DNA of 64,000 nt from IMG/VR virus record IMGVR_UViG_3300035698_006802, positions 34,703 through 98,702 of that record. The stretch is one strand, 5' to 3'. Positions 59,065 through 64,000 of this stretch are shown here, piece by piece. The notes beneath the pieces were generated by a model. It was not told the origin of the DNA, ran no database searches, and saw only the letters and a list, made by a program, of their open reading frames with translations. The translations under genes and the position numbers were made by a program. This DNA is from a virus. Numbering within the stretch: the stretch's first letter is position 1; each line of letters begins with the position of its first letter.

Positions 59065-61626
59065 ATGCCCTACGAAAAGTTTGAGACGAAGCACGGACTA
59101 GACGCAGACAAGCTGCGAGCCCTCTATGTGGAACACACTGATGTGGAGATTGCCCTTCAGCTGGGGGTGGCAGAACTGACGGTGCGTCGTTGGCGTGGGA
59201 AATGGGACATCCCAACATTGAGTGCTCGTCAACGTCGGGATCGGGGACGAGCAGCAACAGGTGAGCCTGTGTTGGATGATCTCACTCCTGTCCTGCTGGC
59301 AGACATGTATACCCATATGGGTGACTCACAGATTGCTGCCTTCTATGGGGTCAAGAAACCCGCCATTCGGCGTCTTCGGGTTCGGTGGGGGATCGCTCCC
59401 ATCAGCAAGACCCAACGGAGTACCCGGGAGGGGGGATTCACTCCAGAGCAAAAGGAAATCGTGATTGGTACCATGCTTGGGGATGGGCACTTGCTTGAGC
59501 GGGGTGTGTTGTCTGTTGGACACGGACATACACAATACCAGTACATCAGCCGTGTTCGCAGCCTTCTAGCTCCACACTCAAAGCCTCTTTCATATGAGGA
59601 ATCTTTGATGGATTCCACGGGGCAGCTCACCTTTGGGTTCACGTTCCGTACCGTTCAACATGCATGGTTGAAAGAGATGCGGCAGAATTTCTACCCCGAA
59701 GGGAAGCGTGTGTTCCCAGTGTGTGTACTGGAGAATCTGACCCCAAGGTCGTTGGCATACTGGTACTTTGACGACGGCAACTTGGCTGACACCGCGTCCT
59801 TTGCATTGGGGGATGTGTCTGCGGAAGATGCAGAGAGGGTTTGCACACAGGTGTCCCAAAGGTTTGGGGTCGATGCCTATGTGGGACATCGGTCAAACCC
59901 CACCTGTCAGATCATGGCAATTAGCAACCAAACCTCGGATACGCTGTTCCATCTGGTTCGGGACTATGCCACCCCCGATATGCTCCACAAACTCCCCAGG
60001 AAGCATTGGACTGCAGGGCTGTTGGTTTCATCCGCCACACGAACCCCTGTGGCAAGCCGTGTCCCCTCTGATCTGTATGGGCGGGCTAAGCGGTGGGGAA
60101 GTCTTTGTGCAGATGGCCGAGAATCCCTGTTGGATGACCTTGTGGCCTTCTGGCATTCCGTGGGGTTCCCCCACCAGGACCCACGCCCCGAGGAGCTTGA
60201 GGTTCTTCACCACCTTGAGGAAGGGCACGTTCTGCAGGGGGGAGCCCTCAAACCTCGACAAGTGGGCCAAGCTACATGCCATGCTTTTGCCCGGCACATC
60301 TGGGACGCCAAATCCTATGAGGCCCATGAGAGTCCAAGGGAGATCTTCAATGACCCCACCTTGTTGCGTGGTGCCCTCAAGTTTGCCCTCAACCTGAAGA
60401 AGCCAATGTCTGATGCCACAGTGCGGATGGCCCTTCGAGTGTGGAAGCATAGTGGGGTCTACAACTTCCGCCCCGCTATAGCAAAGGTGTTGGTGGACAG
60501 GTATTGCCGTCCAGGGGGTGTCGTGTGGGATCCCTGTGCAGGGTACGGCGGACGGTTGTTGGGCACGGTCCTGTCTAATGCAAGGGCCAAGTACATTGCC
60601 TGTGAACCCCAAGCAGAGACCTGTGCTCGGTTGCACCAACTGGTGGACTGGGTGGAAGGGTACCTCCCAGGCACGGCAGCTTGCTCCTGTGTCCATGAGA
60701 CCCCTGCAGAGGAGTTCGAGCCCCCCTCCGGGGTGGATATGGTCATGACATCCCCTCCCTACTGGAGAAAGGAGTTGTACGGCTCTGCCGAGACCCAATC
60801 GGGTGTGAGGTACCCCACCTATGAGTCATGGCTTCGTGGTTTCTGGGAACCTGTCATAAGAAAAGGGCTCCAGTGCCTCAGGCACGGGGGTTGGCTAGTG
60901 CTGAACGTTGATGACTTCAAGATCGATGGTGTTGCCTACTCTCTTGTGGAAGACACCCGGAGATTGGTGGGGCGGCCTCCGGATGAGGAATTTGAGTATG
61001 CAATGCCGAAGTTCAGGAACCGAGCCAACAGTGAAAAGGTGCTCTGTTGGGTGCAGAATGAGATCATCGAGCGCACCCAGGTCACTGTGGAGCCACTTCA
61101 GCTGAGTCGTTGCTCCGTGTGTCGGAGACCAACACCATCTTCACAGCTGCAGGGGGGCACATGTGCGTCTTGCCAACCTGTCCGGTGTGGCGGGTGTGGT
61201 GTTGTTCTGCAGGGTGCTCACCAGAACCGGAAGTGGTGTGGTGGTTGCCGGCGAACAGAGGATGCAGATCGGGCTCGGAACAAGAGGGCACGCCTTCGCA
61301 AGGAGAAACCCCCAACAGGCACCCGCACATTCACCTGTAAAGCTTGTGGTTGCCTGTGGGAGACACAACAGCTTGGGAATCCCTGGTGGTGTCCAGGTTG
61401 CCGGGAAGATGCGGAGATGGCCCGGAGAAGGAAGGTTTGTGGGTATCGGGAGTGTGGGCAGGAGTTTGCGGACACATCGCAGAAGAACTCGATGTCCTAC
61501 TGCTGCACAGAACACCGCCGCAGAGAGAAGCTGTTCCGAACAGGTAAGGTCACTGGCGTGTCCCAGTTCCGTAAGCCTGACCCCATTCTAGGCAAGGCTC
61601 AACCGGAGCAAGGAAGCTGCGGGTGA
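59065..61626 (+). CDS. Fusion: HTH repeats, LAGLIDADG endonuclease, amino-DNA methyltransferase, Zn ribbons
   Basis: IVIGTMLGDGHL and LAYWYFDDG; WDPCAGYGGRLLG and TSPPY; many CxxC. Confidence 0.85.
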   Translation: MPYEKFETKHGLDADKLRALYVEHTDVEIALQLGVAELTVRRWRGKWDIPTLSARQRRDRGRAATGEPVLDDLTPVLLADMYTHMGDSQIAAFYGVKKPAIRRLRVRWGIAPISKTQRSTREGGFTPEQKEIVIGTMLGDGHLLERGVLSVGHGHTQYQYISRVRSLLAPHSKPLSYEESLMDSTGQLTFGFTFRTVQHAWLKEMRQNFYPEGKRVFPVCVLENLTPRSLAYWYFDDGNLADTASFALGDVSAEDAERVCTQVSQRFGVDAYVGHRSNPTCQIMAISNQTSDTLFHLVRDYATPDMLHKLPRKHWTAGLLVSSATRTPVASRVPSDLYGRAKRWGSLCADGRESLLDDLVAFWHSVGFPHQDPRPEELEVLHHLEEGHVLQGGALKPRQVGQATCHAFARHIWDAKSYEAHESPREIFNDPTLLRGALKFALNLKKPMSDATVRMALRVWKHSGVYNFRPAIAKVLVDRYCRPGGVVWDPCAGYGGRLLGTVLSNARAKYIACEPQAETCARLHQLVDWVEGYLPGTAACSCVHETPAEEFEPPSGVDMVMTSPPYWRKELYGSAETQSGVRYPTYESWLRGFWEPVIRKGLQCLRHGGWLVLNVDDFKIDGVAYSLVEDTRRLVGRPPDEEFEYAMPKFRNRANSEKVLCWVQNEIIERTQVTVEPLQLSRCSVCRRPTPSSQLQGGTCASCQPVRCGGCGVVLQGAHQNRKWCGGCRRTEDADRARNKRARLRKEKPPTGTRTFTCKACGCLWETQQLGNPWWCPGCREDAEMARRRKVCGYRECGQEFADTSQKNSMSYCCTEHRRREKLFRTGKVTGVSQFRKPDPILGKAQPEQGSCG

Positions 61627-61701
61627 GCCTGTGCTGGTTTTCAAGAAGGTGTAGGGGGTGATCTTCGCGTAGATGGGGGTACTTGAGGATCAGGAGAACC
61701 T

Positions 61702-62456
61702 ATGCAGACCAAACCCCCCTACTGCTACGGCGGTAAGACGTTCCCGTCACTCCAGGCTATCGGGAAGCACATTATGGGCTTTCTCGACTACTACAACCGT
61801 GTGCTGGACGTCGAGAAATTCGATCCTGTTTTGGCAGACATGGTTGCGGATCGGCACTACATCTGGAGACATCGGGGGTGAAGCCCACAAACTTTAAGTT
61901 CGTGGAGAACATCCGTGACGATGGTCGTTCCTGGCGGGATTCCTTGACAGGGTATTTCGGTCCTGGTTGGGGATGGAATCGCTTCAGTTACCGGAAGGCA
62001 TTGCGGAAGACCGATCCCACTATGGCAAGTGAGTTTTCTCGGTTATGCCGAGAGCGGTGGAGCGCAGTGTGGCGTCCCCAATTCTTTCATGGGGGTACTT
62101 GCGAAGCTCCAGCGTGTTGGAGAGCTGCTTGTGATGTGGATCACGACAACCCCACCCACAAGGAGATCGTGGAGGCATGTTGGCCTAAGGTTTCTTTGGA
62201 GGACCAAGCCGCATGGTGGAAGACCATGTTGGAGTCTGATGGTGACCGCAACCACTTCTGCATCCCAGAGGGACATCCTGCAGCAGTCCTGTATGATGAG
62301 ATGACCGTTAATGGCATGTACCGGCACTTGTGCAAGGAACACCATAAGCCGGCAGCACAGCTCACGTTCCGGGGAAAGCGTCTTGTGCCAGGAGCCCAGA
62401 GGGTTGAAGAGGGTTCCGAGGATCTCGATGGCCTCTTCGATGAGCTGGGGATCTAG
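61702..62456 (+). CDS. DUF3223/DCL-like plus HNH-like protein, frameshifted at G5 61874-61878 (ORFs 61702-61881 and 61878-62456)
   Basis: AGGAG RBS before ATG 61702; GKTFPSLQAI..H..RG/VKPTNF..FSYRKAL; C...C..DVDH..LCKEHH. Confidence 0.55.
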
Positions 62457-62680
62457 CCGCCGTAGTGGGAGATGCCCTGCATGATGGCGACGAGGATGCC
62501 GATGAGTCCCGTGACTCCTCCGACAGCCATCACAGCCATGGCAGCCATGTGGCCATTGAACGTGGAGCCAAATTCCTGGTGTCCCTTGAAGGATCGGCCC
62601 ATGTTGACACCTGCGAAGGCAAACGCCAGGAATGAGATGATGACGCCTGCGATGAGGATGTAGAAACCAGTGAACGGCAT
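62453..62680 (-). CDS. Small two-TM membrane protein, putative early gene
   Basis: AAGGAG RBS, two hydrophobic stretches, class A motif. Confidence 0.75.
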   Translation of the reverse strand: MPFTGFYILIAGVIISFLAFAFAGVNMGRSFKGHQEFGSTFNGHMAAMAVMAVGGVTGLIGILVAIMQGISHYGG

Positions 62681-62698
62681 GTGGAACTCCTTGTAGCC

Positions 62699-62728
62699 CT
62701 ACTACGCGGCCTGGGGGGTTTTGAAACC
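62699..62728 (-). promoter_or_regulatory. Class A motif (copy 5)
   Basis: GGTTTCAA-N13-GCGTAGTAG. Confidence 0.8.
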
Positions 62729-62765
62729 TTCTTCTAGGGTATAGCCCCCCACTAGGAGATTCCTG

Positions 62766-63434
62766 ATGTCCCATAGTCGACGTTCCCTTCTCGGTGCCCT
62801 TGGCGGCATGGCTGCTCTCCTTCCGTTGTCGGGGTGGGCAAAAGACTCTGTAGATGGGTTCCCGCAGCCCAACGGGTCTGGGATGGGTTTGCCCCCTCTG
62901 ACCATTTGGGAGGAGCATACAGATCTGGTGTTGGACGGGGAGCTGGTTCCTGTTCACCACATCCACATGAATGTGTTCGACGGGCTGGACGGGACAGGGG
63001 GCATTGCTGTTTTGTTCGACATCCCTTCAGATCGCCAGATCCTTGATGGGGGTCCACAGACCGCTTTGCCTGCGAACTACGTTCACCATGTTCGGAGCCG
63101 CCGGATCGTCCTCACGCTGTTTGAGTACAACCCCCAGGCTCGGTGCATCGTTGGGGAGGAGGTATACGATGCGGACACGGGTGAGATCTTCCAGAAGAAC
63201 CCTGGGGACACGCTTGAGGAACGGCTTGGTGATGTGATCAAGGCAGCCCGCACAAGTGGGGTCGACGCTGTCCCTGATTTCACGAAGGGTTATGCCGTCT
63301 GGGTCACACAGGACGGTCCTGGGTACGAGCACCCGAAGCACGCCATGGCGTACCTCCCCTACAAGGTATCCCTGGATGACATGACCACCATCGTTCCGAT
63401 TCGGATGGTGAAGGCATCGGTCACCCGGGCGTAG
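62766..63434 (+). CDS. Hypothetical protein with twin-arginine (Tat)-like signal peptide
   Basis: AGGAG RBS; MSHSRRSLLGALGGMAALLPLSGWA. Confidence 0.65.
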   Translation: MSHSRRSLLGALGGMAALLPLSGWAKDSVDGFPQPNGSGMGLPPLTIWEEHTDLVLDGELVPVHHIHMNVFDGLDGTGGIAVLFDIPSDRQILDGGPQTALPANYVHHVRSRRIVLTLFEYNPQARCIVGEEVYDADTGEIFQKNPGDTLEERLGDVIKAARTSGVDAVPDFTKGYAVWVTQDGPGYEHPKHAMAYLPYKVSLDDMTTIVPIRMVKASVTRA

Positions 63435-63850
63435 CTACCAAGCGTTGAGCTGAAGTGCCCTTCCATTCTCGCTGGCGTGTGTGATTGGTCTGGTGTGCCA
63501 GACTCCACCATCGTCTACCATGGCAGCTTGTACTGGGGTCGTGCCAGGGAACTTCTTCAAGGCTTTGAGCAGTTGTCCTGCAGTGCCGCGTCCCGCCCAA
63601 TCTCCGTTGATCTGGGCATTTCCGGATACTCGTAGGATTTGAGGGTTCACGTCCACGAACACTGCATCAGGGAACTTCCCAGCGATCCCGACTGAAATCG
63701 AGGGTGAGAATTCTTCCAGTTCCGCCATCAGTTCTGCAACGGTCATGGGCCGTGCTGCCTTTTTGGTGAGAAGCTGGAGCAGGGCACGTCGTTCTTCCCC
63801 TGGGGGAAGGTGCTGGCGAGGCGGATGGTCTTTGAGCGGAGTTTGGGCAT
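63435..63850 (-). CDS. Putative head-targeted protein, frameshifted at 63802-63806
   Basis: GAGG RBS, ATG 63850. MPKLRSKTIRLASTFP joins PGEERRALLQLLTKKAA if one base is added. Body has an internal T..(E/Q)L...L..FP repeat. Confidence 0.6.
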
Positions 63851-64000
63851 GGGTCCTCACTACATAGCAGGCAGTATTGTAACTGAAGGCTTGATATGTG
63901 CTCCTTTCTTGTGCTATATTGTCCTTTGTACGGGAAGAAGCTTCAATTGGTCCGCTCCTCCAACCATCCTTTGATGTTCGCAAACTCCGGAAAACGATCC

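Noticed and set aside
2885-62745. GGGGGTA/CGGTAT element upstream of several plus-strand genes (about 2890, 7093, 14728, 15737, 34130, 61675, 62737) as a third promoter class
   Set aside because: Too short and variable, with no consistent second box visible by eye; needs motif statistics
63851-63983. ORF-track N-terminal extension of the last minus-strand gene
   Set aside because: AT-rich and intergenic-looking; the RBS and motif favour ATG 63850 plus a frameshift
1-64000. Alternative genetic code, tRNA genes or host assignment
   Set aside because: Genes end normally at TGA/TAG/TAA with tight packing; no cloverleaf seen; nothing in the window identifies the host

Overview
A 64-kb segment of a large, GC-rich tailed dsDNA phage (standard genetic code, mostly + strand). 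No rRNA, tRNA or CRISPR array was seen. 1-22.9 kb is a replication/recombination block: class II RNR, RecD2-like helicase, SSB, RuvC, RecA, a split SbcC with SbcD, two tandem DNA methyltransferases, a Cas4/AddB-like nuclease, beta-clamp, primase core, DnaX, NusG and a double sigma-region-4 protein. 22.9-59 kb is a virion/packaging block: fibre-like proteins, TerS/TerL, portal, three very large modular proteins, prohead protease, scaffold, decoration protein and major capsid. 59-64 kb is accessory. The strongest candidate novel system is a set of head-associated polyproteins. In them, unrelated modules (2 topoisomerase IB, PRTase, 2 zincins, CCA-type nucleotidyltransferase, 2H phosphoesterase, Zn fingers) are joined by a recurring [KR]-x-A-[ASG] linker, often with an RVAxR[YWF]-like element. 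The same motifs occur in the scaffold and protease, suggesting capsid loading plus proteolytic release. Other findings: the CCA gene is split by a free-standing endonuclease; a LAGLIDADG-methyltransferase fusion; a structural-type domain inserted in TerL; two fixed-spacing promoter-like motifs (minus-strand GGTTTCAA-N13-GCGTAGTAG, 5 copies; plus-strand CGRTA-N6-CTAT, up to 8 copies); and two genes broken at G5 runs. All family calls come from motif recognition by eye, not database searches.
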